Below are positions 9,611 to 19,983 of a stretch of 64,000 bases of DNA, piece after piece. The notes under the pieces were generated by a model, which did no database searches, was not told the DNA's origin, and was given only the letters and a program-made list of their open reading frames with translations. Numbering within the stretch: the stretch's first letter is position 1; every line of letters starts with the position of its first letter. Position numbers and translations under genes: made by a program. The DNA comes from a virus. Taxonomy: Duplodnaviria; Caudoviricetes. The stretch lies in IMG/VR virus record IMGVR_UViG_3300009692_000017, positions 1 to 64,000 of that record, one strand, 5' to 3'.

Positions 9611-12436
9611 TTAGATTAATTTGTCTATTTTGTTTAAAAAATCTTCTTTATTAAATGGTTTTGATAAAAAATCGTCACAACCCAATCTAAAAGCCTTATT
9701 TTTTTGATCCGGCATAGTTACAGCGGATTCAACTATAATTGGAATTCTCTCATCGTAATTTCTTATTTCTTTTAATATTTCGTAACCATCTATACCCGGT
9801 AAACCAATATCCAGCAATACTAAATCGATATCTTCTTTTTTTATTATATTCAAAACATCATCGTTACCTTCAGTGCATATAAATACTTGAACATTGGTTT
9901 CTAATAGATGGAATTTCATAATTTTCACACTATCCATATCGTCTTCGACAATTAATATTTTTTTCCCAATCAAATTCAATTTTTTGTATTTATTTTTATT
10001 TTTATTTTCTTGAATATAATTTAATGGTTTTATTGTATAAGGAATATTAAAATAAAACAAACTGCCTTTACCTATTTCTGATTTCAATTTAATTTCTTTA
10101 AATCCTAATAATTCTATTAATGATTTCGTTATGGACAATCCTAGACCAGCACCCCTGAATTTATTACCATTTTTATGTAATTGTTTAAATTTGTTAAAAA
10201 TTATTTCTTGATAATCTTTATCTATTCCGATACCAGTATCTTCAACATACATTGTCAAATAATCTTTATTTAAAATATTGTATCCGAATTTAACATAACC
10301 ATTATTCGTGAATTTAATTGCGTTACCTATTAAATTCATTAATATTTGTCTCAATCTATATTTATCTGAATAAATAATAATATTCTTATTAATATCAATA
10401 TCTAAAATAATATCTAATTTTTTATCTCTTATTAATTTAGTATAGCTCATTCTAATATCATCTAATAATTTATTTAATTCGAATTCGATTTTTTCAATTT
10501 TTAATGAATTGGCATCAATTTTGGATATATCAATTATGTCATCAATTAACGCCATTAAAAATTTACCATTTTCAATTATGGTATTAATATAATCATTTCT
10601 TTCCTTTTTTGTCAAATTGTTCGATTTTAATAAATCAGAAAATCCAATAATAGAATTCATTGGTGTCCTAAGATCATGACTCATATTTGCCAAGAATTCT
10701 AATTTCAATTTATCTGATTGTTCAGCTTTTTCTTTAGCTTTTAAAATAATATTTTCGTTTTGTTTACGCATTAAAGCAGTACCAATACTCAAACAAATCC
10801 CCTCAAAAAAATTGATCATATTTTCATTAAAAGAATTTATTTTTTTATTGTTTAATTGTAAAACTCCAAATATGTTTTTATTGATTTTAATCGGGATGAT
10901 GGCAACAGATCCATAACCTTCTAATATACATCTATTTCTAGCATTTATTCTCGAATCGTAGCCATTCATTTTTAAAAATCTTAAATCTAAAAAAGTATTA
11001 TTTGACCAAATACTTCCATTTTTTGTAAAAAATCTATTACAATTTTGATCAATTCTACCGTTTAATATCATACCACAAGTACAATCAAAAATTTGATTAT
11101 CATTTTCGTCTTTACATGTTTTATTTGATATTAAAGAATTCTCCTTGGATATAAAATCTTTTGAAAATCCATATTGAACGAAATATGGATAATCATCATT
11201 GCTTTTTAATCTGATTCCAATTGCATCTATTTCTGTTTGTTCTTGTATCATTTTTATAACATTATCAATCATATCTTTTAAATTTATATCATCATTGAGA
11301 ATGTTCAATATTTTATTAGATAATATTTGAAAATTTTCAGATCTTTTAATATCGGTTATATCGTTTATAACTGTAAATCTATATTTATTTTCCTGTATAT
11401 AAATATTTTCTGAAGATAATAATATTTTTTTAATATCTCCATTTTTAGATTTTAATTCTAAATAAGCTTTAAATATATTACCGTTTTTGTCTGATTTCGA
11501 AATTAATTCTTCAATAATTTCACTTGTAGCTATACCGATTTCTATAGGATTTTTACCTATCACTTCGCTTTTATTATATCCAAATAAATTTTGAAAAGAT
11601 TCATTTACTTCAATATATCTGTGATTTTCTAAATCACTTAAAGCGCATGGACATGGATTCATATAAAACAATTTGGAAAATTTTTCCTCGGATAAATTTA
11701 TCTTCGAAATGTCCTTAGATACACTAAATATAACCGATTTATCGTCCCAAATACCATATGATATTTTTGTTTCAACCGGAATTAAAAAACCTCTTTTAGT
11801 AATAATAGGAACAGGACAAAAATCTACATCACCTGATAACATATCATTAAAATTTTTTAAAGATTCAGATTTCCTATCCTCTGGATGAATCATAAGATGT
11901 GATTTCCCGATAATTTCTTCATAACTATATCCTAGTCTATCTATAGTTGTGGAGTTTGTGTGTATTATAATGCCATTCTGGTCTATGACAAAAAGAAATT
12001 CATCTACTGTGTTGAAAAAAGATTCGTAATTTTGACGCATTTTATTCATTAATGTTTCTGATTTTTTTCTTTCAGTTATATCTTGTATTTGTAAAATATA
12101 ACCATCCAATATATTATCGTTTAATATTGGGGTTATAACAATATCTAATATTTTTATGCCATTATATTTAGTATTATAAAATTTTTTCGCTTTTTCGAAA
12201 TCAAATTCGACTTCTATTTTAACAGATTCTTTATTTTTTATTTTGTTTTTAGCATCTTCTGATATATTCGGATCTTCGAATAATTTAAATTTAAAAATTT
12301 CTTTTCTATCAATTACTCCAAATATATTAATACACGCATCGTTGACAATTAATAATTCACCATTTGAATCATAAAACTCGATTCCCAATGGTGATTGCTC
12401 GAAAATATCATTATATTTTTCGAATAAAGTTTTCAT
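9611..12436 (-). CDS. Hybrid sensor histidine kinase (PAS x3, GAF, HisKA, HATPase, REC)
   Basis: PAS/PAC ends DITERK; H-box FLANMSHDLRTPMN; N-box NLIGNAIKFT; DTGIGI; GAGLGLSI; REC motifs ILIVEDD, LLDIGLP, KPF. Confidence 0.95.
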   Translation of the reverse strand: MKTLFEKYNDIFEQSPLGIEFYDSNGELLIVNDACINIFGVIDRKEIFKFKLFEDPNISEDAKNKIKNKESVKIEVEFDFEKAKKFYNTKYNGIKILDIVITPILNDNILDGYILQIQDITERKKSETLMNKMRQNYESFFNTVDEFLFVIDQNGIIIHTNSTTIDRLGYSYEEIIGKSHLMIHPEDRKSESLKNFNDMLSGDVDFCPVPIITKRGFLIPVETKISYGIWDDKSVIFSVSKDISKINLSEEKFSKLFYMNPCPCALSDLENHRYIEVNESFQNLFGYNKSEVIGKNPIEIGIATSEIIEELISKSDKNGNIFKAYLELKSKNGDIKKILLSSENIYIQENKYRFTVINDITDIKRSENFQILSNKILNILNDDINLKDMIDNVIKMIQEQTEIDAIGIRLKSNDDYPYFVQYGFSKDFISKENSLISNKTCKDENDNQIFDCTCGMILNGRIDQNCNRFFTKNGSIWSNNTFLDLRFLKMNGYDSRINARNRCILEGYGSVAIIPIKINKNIFGVLQLNNKKINSFNENMINFFEGICLSIGTALMRKQNENIILKAKEKAEQSDKLKLEFLANMSHDLRTPMNSIIGFSDLLKSNNLTKKERNDYINTIIENGKFLMALIDDIIDISKIDANSLKIEKIEFELNKLLDDIRMSYTKLIRDKKLDIILDIDINKNIIIYSDKYRLRQILMNLIGNAIKFTNNGYVKFGYNILNKDYLTMYVEDTGIGIDKDYQEIIFNKFKQLHKNGNKFRGAGLGLSITKSLIELLGFKEIKLKSEIGKGSLFYFNIPYTIKPLNYIQENKNKNKYKKLNLIGKKILIVEDDMDSVKIMKFHLLETNVQVFICTEGNDDVLNIIKKEDIDLVLLDIGLPGIDGYEILKEIRNYDERIPIIVESAVTMPDQKNKAFRLGCDDFLSKPFNKEDFLNKIDKLI

Positions 12437-12491
12437 AGTTTAGGACCACTTTTTATCTATATATAAATTCAAGAAAATAAAAATATTAGAT

Positions 12492-13178
12492 ATGAATTTA
12501 ATTGGAATTGACATATCAATAGATTCAACAGGTATGTCATTATTAAGGGATGACGATCTTATTTTATTCAATTTCACAACTCAGAAAAAAAATGTGGGTT
12601 GGATCAAAAAAACAATGGAATATATTGACTATGAATTTATAAATTATACTTATAAAGATATTGAAAACTATACTGAAAACGAAATAATGAAACTTCGAGA
12701 ATACGACTATGTTACTGATTTAATATACAAAAAAATAATTGGAAATGTAAACAAAAAAGAAAAAACTATAATCGCTATTGAAAATTATAATTACGGTCTA
12801 AAAAATACCAATAGTATAGTTGACATAGTTTGTTTCTCGACTCTTCTAAGAATAAAACTATTAACTGTATCGAATTTAGAAAAAATAATATTGATATCTC
12901 CTAAAAGTTTAAAAAAAGAAGTAGCATCAATGGTATATGGTTATAAACTAAACAGAAACGGTAAAAAAATAATAAATAAGAATTTGAATGGTATAGCCGG
13001 TGGAAGTTTTGATAAAAAAGACATGTTGGTGGCTCTTATTGATATGAATATTGAAAATAAATTAACATACATTTTAAATAAATATAAAGAAGATTTATTA
13101 AAAATGAAATCTGTTCCTAAACCATGGGACGATATAATAGATAGTTTTTTTATAATGAAAACTTTAATTGAAAATTAA
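12492..13178 (+). CDS. RuvC/RNase H-fold nuclease (Holliday-junction-resolvase-like)
   Basis: IGIDISIDSTG, IAIENY, P.SLKK, DKKDM, DDIIDSF. Confidence 0.75.
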   Translation: MNLIGIDISIDSTGMSLLRDDDLILFNFTTQKKNVGWIKKTMEYIDYEFINYTYKDIENYTENEIMKLREYDYVTDLIYKKIIGNVNKKEKTIIAIENYNYGLKNTNSIVDIVCFSTLLRIKLLTVSNLEKIILISPKSLKKEVASMVYGYKLNRNGKKIINKNLNGIAGGSFDKKDMLVALIDMNIENKLTYILNKYKEDLLKMKSVPKPWDDIIDSFFIMKTLIEN

Positions 13179-13250
13179 TTTATATTTTTTAATATACAAA
13201 AAACAGCAGATTGATAGAAACCTTTGAACATATTTAATATATATCATATT

Positions 13251-14978
13251 ATGATATTAGATAATCAAATACGAATAAAAATAAATTCGACATCTTTAAA
13301 ACATTATAGAAATCGTGGTTATGATGTCAATAAAAACGATATTATAACAGTAAAAATTGAAGACTTATCTCCATTTTCCACATACAAAATAAATGTAAAA
13401 TGTGATGTCTGCGGAAATGAAAAAATATTACGATATTCGAGTTATTTAAAAAATGTAAAAAATACAGGAATATATTGTTGTTCTAATAAATGTGCATATT
13501 CAATAAAAAATAAAAAAACGTGTTTAGAAAGATACGGAATAGGTGATTATAATAACAAAGAAAAATGTAAAAAAACTTGTTTAGAAAAATATGGTGTAGA
13601 AAACGTATTTCAATGCGATGAAGTTAAAACAAAGATAAAGGAAACAAATTTAGAAAAATACGGCGACGTTAGTCATAATAGAAGTGAAATCGTTAAAATA
13701 AATAAAAAAGAAACCTTTTTAAAAAAATATGGTGTTAGTTGTTATTTAAATTCAGAAGTTCAAAAAGAAAAATCTAAAATTAAAAAATTAGAAAAATTTG
13801 GAAATTTAAATAATCATGGAAAATTAAAAAATACTTTTTTAGAAAAGTATAACACAGATCATCCATCTAAAGTAAAAGAATTTAAAGATAAGAGAATTAA
13901 AAATTATAAAAAAACAATAATAAATAAAATTTTATTAAAATATGACAATATAGGCATGATAAAAGCTGATTTTGATAATGACAAATTCACTTTTAATTGT
14001 GAAAAAGGACATCAGTTTGAAATTAATAGAAATTTATTAAAAAATAGAATAAAATATCATACATTATTATGTACTATTTGTAATCCGATTTCAAGTCATA
14101 TATCTGGACAAGAAATTTTATTCAATAACTATATTGAAGAAATATATAAAAAAGAAATATTATTGAACAATAAAAATATCATAAATCCAATGGAGTTAGA
14201 TATTTATTTACCAGAATTAAAATTAGCATTTGAATTTAACGGTGTGTACTGGCATAACGAATTACACAGAGAAAATAATTATCATTTTAATAAGACAGAA
14301 TTTGCTGAAAAACACGGGATTAAATTAATCCACATTTATGAGGATGATTGGATATATAAACAAAACATCATAAAATCAAGAATACTTAATTTACTGGGGA
14401 AATCTGAAAAAATATACGCTAGAAAATGTAATATAAAAGAGGTATTTGATAATAAATTAATTAAAGATTTCCTTGATAAAAATCATTTACAAGGCAACAT
14501 AAATTCCAAAATAAAAATAGGTTTATTTCATCAAGACGAATTAGTGTCTCTAATGACATTTGGTAATTTAAGAAGATCAATGGGACAAAAAACTATATAT
14601 GGATTTTATGAATTATTAAGATTTTGTAATAAATTGAACACTACTGTTATAGGTGGTTCATCTAAATTGTTCAAATATTTTCTTGACAAATATAATCCAT
14701 TAGAAGTCATTAGTTATGCAGATAGATCTTGGAGTCAAGGAGATTTATATGAGAAGCTGGGATTTAATAAAATCCATAAAACACCACCTAATTATTATTA
14801 TGTAGTAAATGGAATACGTAAGCATAGATTTCAATTTAGAAAAAATATACTAGTAAAAGAAGGATCAGATCCATGTAAAAGTGAACATGAAATAATGTTA
14901 GATAAAGGAATATTTAGAATATATGACTCAGGGCATTTAAAATATTCCTGGAAAAATAATTTAATATATAATAATTAA
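13251..14978 (+). CDS. Free-standing homing-endonuclease-like protein (Zn ribbon, KYG repeats, Vsr/DUF559-like nuclease, GNAT-like C-terminal domain), copy 1
   Basis: VKCDVCG, LEKYG repeats, ELDIYLPELKLAFEFNGVYWH, IHIYEDDW, ISYADRSWS. Start moved to ATG 13251, just after the TAATATATA motif. Confidence 0.75.
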   Translation: MILDNQIRIKINSTSLKHYRNRGYDVNKNDIITVKIEDLSPFSTYKINVKCDVCGNEKILRYSSYLKNVKNTGIYCCSNKCAYSIKNKKTCLERYGIGDYNNKEKCKKTCLEKYGVENVFQCDEVKTKIKETNLEKYGDVSHNRSEIVKINKKETFLKKYGVSCYLNSEVQKEKSKIKKLEKFGNLNNHGKLKNTFLEKYNTDHPSKVKEFKDKRIKNYKKTIINKILLKYDNIGMIKADFDNDKFTFNCEKGHQFEINRNLLKNRIKYHTLLCTICNPISSHISGQEILFNNYIEEIYKKEILLNNKNIINPMELDIYLPELKLAFEFNGVYWHNELHRENNYHFNKTEFAEKHGIKLIHIYEDDWIYKQNIIKSRILNLLGKSEKIYARKCNIKEVFDNKLIKDFLDKNHLQGNINSKIKIGLFHQDELVSLMTFGNLRRSMGQKTIYGFYELLRFCNKLNTTVIGGSSKLFKYFLDKYNPLEVISYADRSWSQGDLYEKLGFNKIHKTPPNYYYVVNGIRKHRFQFRKNILVKEGSDPCKSEHEIMLDKGIFRIYDSGHLKYSWKNNLIYNN

Positions 14979-15862
14979 TGATAGATAAATATAATAACAC
15001 TAAAGATCTTTATTTCACTAAAAAAGTGAGATATAATATTAAAAACAATAAACTCCTGCGTGAAGCAGCCGGCGATAATGATATTGTTAGTGGTTTTCCT
15101 GTCAATAAACAACTGAAGTTTAATGAAGGATTAATGATCAAAGCTATACAAAACGGAATGATTCTTTTAATAGAATATAAGGGAGATAGAGATGATTATA
15201 AATTCGGCAGAGAACGCGTAATATATCCAATGGTTCTTGGTGTTAATAGAAACACTGGAAACATGCTTCTTAGAGGTTGGCATTTAAATGGATGGTCCGT
15301 TCACGAAAAAAGAAACGTTGAAAAAGTGTGGCGTTTATTCAAAACGTCTAATATCATAAGCATGATGTTTGTAGGTGATTTTTTTAGATTACCACCAGTT
15401 GGATATAGATTGAATGATAGAATTATGACCGATCGTATTATTGTTCAAGCTGATTTTAATGCTATAAGAAGAAACCAGCAAAATCTCTTAAACGAAGGTA
15501 AAATAGAATTAGAAGAAGAATCTAAAGTTTCATCAGAAACTAGTAAAGTTGTAAAAATAGATATAAGACCAACAGACACTGAACTAAATCTTAGAGAACC
15601 GTGGTCCAATACGTTAATGGACAAAAATAAAATAGACGATACGAGAATAACAATAATGAAAACCATAATGGGTAACGAATATTTAGCTATTCTTGGAGCT
15701 GTTGGAACTGAAGGCAGAATAACTAAAGTCTTTGAAGATAAAAAACTAATGGGCACATATAAAGTTATAAGAGCCATAATAGGAAAAGAACTATTAAATA
15801 TAAAAATAATAAATGGTCAATATTTATTTAAATTATATCTTTTTAGTAAAGTAATGAAATAA
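14978..15862 (+). CDS. WYL-like domain protein
   Basis: AIQN...I.Y.G...G.R.I.P..LG....GN..LRGW...G.S....WRLFK...I pattern. Confidence 0.6.
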   Translation: MIDKYNNTKDLYFTKKVRYNIKNNKLLREAAGDNDIVSGFPVNKQLKFNEGLMIKAIQNGMILLIEYKGDRDDYKFGRERVIYPMVLGVNRNTGNMLLRGWHLNGWSVHEKRNVEKVWRLFKTSNIISMMFVGDFFRLPPVGYRLNDRIMTDRIIVQADFNAIRRNQQNLLNEGKIELEEESKVSSETSKVVKIDIRPTDTELNLREPWSNTLMDKNKIDDTRITIMKTIMGNEYLAILGAVGTEGRITKVFEDKKLMGTYKVIRAIIGKELLNIKIINGQYLFKLYLFSKVMK

Positions 15863-15870
15863 TATATGAT

Positions 15871-16221
15871 ATGATACACCTAAAAAGAATAAATGAAAAT
15901 ATTAAAGAAAATCCCATAGATATTGATAAACTAAAAAAATATTCTATGGGGATTTCTATTTGTTGTGCAGGTGAATATGGTATGGTTTTCTACAAAGAAT
16001 CAGAAAATCATATTTTTATTTGTCTTGGAGACTCTAACCCGTTCGATGATGAAATGTTAAAAGAATATTTGAAAAATTCTATATCTACTAGTTATAAATA
16101 TTATAATCAAATAAAAGTTACTATAGAAAATGAATGTTATGCTACTGGCGAAGGATGGAAAATATTTGATCCAAAAACTAATGAGTTTAAAGATTGGAAA
16201 TATAAATTTATAATATCTTAA
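15871..16221 (+). CDS. Hypothetical protein with an internal-protein-like N-terminal leader
   Basis: Starts MIHLKRINENIKE. Confidence 0.6.
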   Translation: MIHLKRINENIKENPIDIDKLKKYSMGISICCAGEYGMVFYKESENHIFICLGDSNPFDDEMLKEYLKNSISTSYKYYNQIKVTIENECYATGEGWKIFDPKTNEFKDWKYKFIIS

Positions 16222-16434
16222 AAATCATGAAAAATTTTTTATCAAAATTGACATTTTTGACATTTTTTATTTAATATATACAAATAAAATAGTTTCGTGT
16301 GTTATTGGAAAAAAAATGACTTTTTATTAGTAGCGATTGATAAGGAACAAGAAATTATCCAATCTCAAAGACGTAGAGTCCAAGCGATTTGGACATTAAA
16401 GATTAATCTTTAATAAAAAATAATTATTTATATC

Positions 16435-16812
16435 GTGGCAAAAATTACAAAAACTTATTCGGTAGATCAAAAGATATATGAAGCTTTTGATAATATAACA
16501 GAAGAAAAAAATATAAATAAAAGTTCTTTCATTGAAAATTGTATAAATAAATTTTTAGATGAAAATAATATGGGGTATATAGATAAGGTGTATGTTTCTA
16601 AAGTTGATCCGAGTTATGGTGTAACTATAAAAAGAAAAGATGATACTTTTTATTATTTAAGTGATGGTAGTAAAATATCTATTATTCTTTTTATGCAAAC
16701 TTTTAAAGAAGTCGATCAAGTTGATCCAAATGAATTTTTTAATAATAAAATAGTCAATGACATTGTATCAAAAAAAACAGGATATGATAATTATGAAAAA
16801 TTAAATTCGTAA
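16435..16812 (+). CDS. Ribbon-helix-helix (CopG/MetJ-like) DNA-binding protein
   Basis: N-terminal KTYSVDQKIYEAFD....NINKSSFIENCINKF beta-alpha-alpha pattern; GTG start. Confidence 0.65.
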   Translation: MAKITKTYSVDQKIYEAFDNITEEKNINKSSFIENCINKFLDENNMGYIDKVYVSKVDPSYGVTIKRKDDTFYYLSDGSKISIILFMQTFKEVDQVDPNEFFNNKIVNDIVSKKTGYDNYEKLNS

Positions 16813-16828
16813 AAATTAAAATAAAATA

Positions 16829-16993
16829 TCATAAGTTGTATTTTTTTGCTGCTAACATCTCAGGATATTTATTATAATACCATTTCCAATACCCATCTAA
16901 ATCTTCTGGTAATTCTCTTAAATTCTGATTAGATAAATTTAAGAGATCAATCGCCTTTTTTTCAAATAATTTATATTTCTTAATATATTTCAT
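16829..16993 (-). CDS. Small collapsed LRR-type protein (54 aa), missing from the ORF track
   Basis: Manual ORF MKYIKKYKLFEKKAIDLLNLSNQNLRELPEDLDGYWKWYYNKYPEMLAAKKYNL; contains one LRR-like unit LNLSNQNLRELP. Confidence 0.6.
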   Translation of the reverse strand: MKYIKKYKLFEKKAIDLLNLSNQNLRELPEDLDGYWKWYYNKYPEMLAAKKYNL

Positions 16994-16996
16994 AAA

Positions 16997-17758
16997 TTAT
17001 TTATTTATTTCATTTAATGGATCGAATCTATATTTGAAATAGAAATAGTTATTACCGGTTATGTTGAATTTTTTATCTTGTATTTTCAAAGTTATAAAAG
17101 GATCATTATTTTCATCAGTATTATAACCAAGGACTTCAACAATCTTACCTTCTTTTAAGAATCTTTGTTCTCCAGTTTCTTCGTCTTTTACTAAACAATT
17201 TTGTTTTAGATTTTTATACATACCTGGTTCAGGGATAAAGAAATTATAAACTAATTTATATAAATATTGATTTAATTTCAAATAATATTCTTTATCTATA
17301 TATCCAAATCTAGTGTCACTTAATAATTCAGTATCAAATGTCGGTTTATTATAATTTGAATTAAAATTACGAAAAACTCCAAAAAATTCATTATCCATAA
17401 AATCAAAGGATATATAAACATTCAATTTTAGATTTTCGTTTTCAAATATTCTTAATATTTTTATGTTTTTATATTCGTCTATATCTTCTAAGAATCTATC
17501 GGATTTTCTAGCAAAAACATGATCGTCAGCTATTTCTTTATTCATTTGTTTGATAAGAGTCATTAGATGTGATGTGGTTCCTGCTGTTCTAGCATACATA
17601 TCTACATAAGGATTCGAATCGGGCGAATATATGGATAAACCAGGATCTGTTGCAAAACCATATCCCGGTCCGAAATAACCAACAGCATTATCAATACCCA
17701 ATTGATATTGATTGAATTCAGAAGATTCTTTTATGTATTGTTCGAATTTTGTTAGCAT
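16997..17758 (-). CDS. Hypothetical protein with an internal-protein-like N-terminal leader
   Basis: Starts MLTKFEQYIKES. Confidence 0.7.
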   Translation of the reverse strand: MLTKFEQYIKESSEFNQYQLGIDNAVGYFGPGYGFATDPGLSIYSPDSNPYVDMYARTAGTTSHLMTLIKQMNKEIADDHVFARKSDRFLEDIDEYKNIKILRIFENENLKLNVYISFDFMDNEFFGVFRNFNSNYNKPTFDTELLSDTRFGYIDKEYYLKLNQYLYKLVYNFFIPEPGMYKNLKQNCLVKDEETGEQRFLKEGKIVEVLGYNTDENNDPFITLKIQDKKFNITGNNYFYFKYRFDPLNEINK

Positions 17759-17846
17759 TTAAATAAATTGCATTTTTTTTATATATTAAATATATAAAAT
17801 GAAAAAATAATTTTTATATATATATTCAGAAAAAAAATCATTTAAT

Positions 17847-19961
17847 ATGGATTTTAAAAACATAACGTCATTCGATAGATTTAGAAAAACTTTTGAAGCT
17901 AGTATACCAGACGAATTCAGTAATAAAACAGGATTTGCTGAAAGTCTTGTTGGTAGAGGATTTTTTAGTTTAATTAGATTTTTCAAAGAAGGTATAAATC
18001 TTGGAAGATTAGAATATTTAAAGAGAAAATTAGAAAATGAATATTTTGCTGGATGGTTGAGATTTTGTGCACTTAGAAATATAAATATAAAAAATGGTAC
18101 AATGCCAAAAAAATCACAATCTCAAACTGAAATTGATGATGTACAACAAACCGATGATGAATATAACAGAACTGATGATTCGGCATGCGAAATATTTAAT
18201 TTGGATTACACTCAGTCTAATGTTGCTTATCTAGAACAACTTAAAGTTAGTATAAATAAGTATGTCGATAATCTCGAAAAAAATAAAGACGGAGCTGATA
18301 AAGAAGATTTAGATGATATAAATGATCTCATCGAAAATAATAAGAAAATTCTTAAATACATTGATATAAAATTGAAAATAGATGCAGTTTTCAATTCATT
18401 GTGGACACTTATTAACAATCTTCCAACTGGTATGACTTTCACAACAGAACAAATTACACCATTAAGCGAAAATTTAAATAAAATAAAAGATTTTTTAGAA
18501 GGAGACGCTAAAATTTGTCCAACATATCATTTAGTAAAAAATGAATTAGAATTGATAAAAAAAATAAATTCTTGTACTAATGATGATATTAAATCGTTGT
18601 GTGCAGAAATATTAAAGTTGATTGAAATAACCAATGAGAGATTCAAACAAGACGATGTTTATGATTCAATTAATGAGGAATTTGTAACAAGTAAAATAAA
18701 CACAAAAGTACCGATAATGCAAATACTCGGGGATTCTTTAAATGTTGTATCTGGTGGTACTCATGGAACCGCATCAAATAAAGTTAAACCATACGATTAT
18801 TTAAAAAATATAGGTATAAACAGTGTTGATGAAATTGATTTTAAAGCGTGTAGTGAATTGTGGGCACAGAACGATCCGGAATTTAAAGAAGGCGCAACAG
18901 AACTAGTAAGCATTGATGGGGTTAGAAAAATTCAATATGCCGCATCTAGAATTATTTATAAAAATAAAAGTTACGTAACTGGACACGGTGAAAAATCCAG
19001 GGGATTAGATTATCAAGAAGATTCTAATTTAAGAACAGCGTGGGAGAGAAAAGTGGAAAAATGTAAAGGAGAATGGAGATATTTTATGAATGTGGAAAAA
19101 ATAGATCCATTTAAACAGATGAGTTTACAAGAATCTATAAGAAAAAGAGATACATCCGGTGATGATTTTGTTACAAGAACTAATAGACAAACAAAACCAG
19201 TCGAGGATGCTTCTATAATGGATGAAATCGGATTAAAACTCATTTCAGGAGTTCCAAAAACCGAGGGGAGATTATATGTTTTACAATATGTATATGGGCC
19301 TAATGAAGATTTTGCTTATTTATTGTGTACGGTAATATCTGATAAAGATAGTAGTAAAGATAGATCTTGGTATTTATATTTGGGTAATATAGATATAACA
19401 TCAATCAGAAGAGATAAAATTAATGAAAAACAGGATAAAGATAAATTATTAGAACTCAATAAATATGCTGCATCTATATTTGATACTAGAGACATTTATT
19501 TAAATAAAGGATGTAAGGAATTTAATGATTATTTTAAAATATCCAAAGTTTATAATGGTTATAATGGCAAAAATATAAATAGTTTGATTTTATCAAAAAC
19601 TGATTTTAAAAGAATGTCCAGCGGTGACGTAACATCCCCCTATAAGAGAGCCACAAGACTTTTTTATGTTTATTGTGATCAAAATGGAGGTATCAATGGA
19701 AATTTCGGTGAATCAAAAACACCTTCCAACACACTATTACAAATATTCAACGAAAAAGGAAATTCAGTTAATGGATGTGCATTAACAGGTTTATCAAAAA
19801 ATCCAAATAAAATTGAGACATCAAAAATTGGCGGGATTTATATTTTTAAAACTCCAGACTGGGGAAAAGCTTATTTTAAAAATAATTATGATAAATCTGT
19901 ACTTTACAATAATAAAAATACAGATTTTACAAGAACAATTTTCACCGATGTTACAATGTAA
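17847..19961 (+). CDS. Large hypothetical protein, candidate head-internal protein
   Basis: 704 aa; leader MDFKNITSFDRFRKTFE|A; internal SINE|E. Confidence 0.7.
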   Translation: MDFKNITSFDRFRKTFEASIPDEFSNKTGFAESLVGRGFFSLIRFFKEGINLGRLEYLKRKLENEYFAGWLRFCALRNINIKNGTMPKKSQSQTEIDDVQQTDDEYNRTDDSACEIFNLDYTQSNVAYLEQLKVSINKYVDNLEKNKDGADKEDLDDINDLIENNKKILKYIDIKLKIDAVFNSLWTLINNLPTGMTFTTEQITPLSENLNKIKDFLEGDAKICPTYHLVKNELELIKKINSCTNDDIKSLCAEILKLIEITNERFKQDDVYDSINEEFVTSKINTKVPIMQILGDSLNVVSGGTHGTASNKVKPYDYLKNIGINSVDEIDFKACSELWAQNDPEFKEGATELVSIDGVRKIQYAASRIIYKNKSYVTGHGEKSRGLDYQEDSNLRTAWERKVEKCKGEWRYFMNVEKIDPFKQMSLQESIRKRDTSGDDFVTRTNRQTKPVEDASIMDEIGLKLISGVPKTEGRLYVLQYVYGPNEDFAYLLCTVISDKDSSKDRSWYLYLGNIDITSIRRDKINEKQDKDKLLELNKYAASIFDTRDIYLNKGCKEFNDYFKISKVYNGYNGKNINSLILSKTDFKRMSSGDVTSPYKRATRLFYVYCDQNGGINGNFGESKTPSNTLLQIFNEKGNSVNGCALTGLSKNPNKIETSKIGGIYIFKTPDWGKAYFKNNYDKSVLYNNKNTDFTRTIFTDVTM

Positions 19962-19983
19962 TTAAAAATAAAAAAAATTATGT

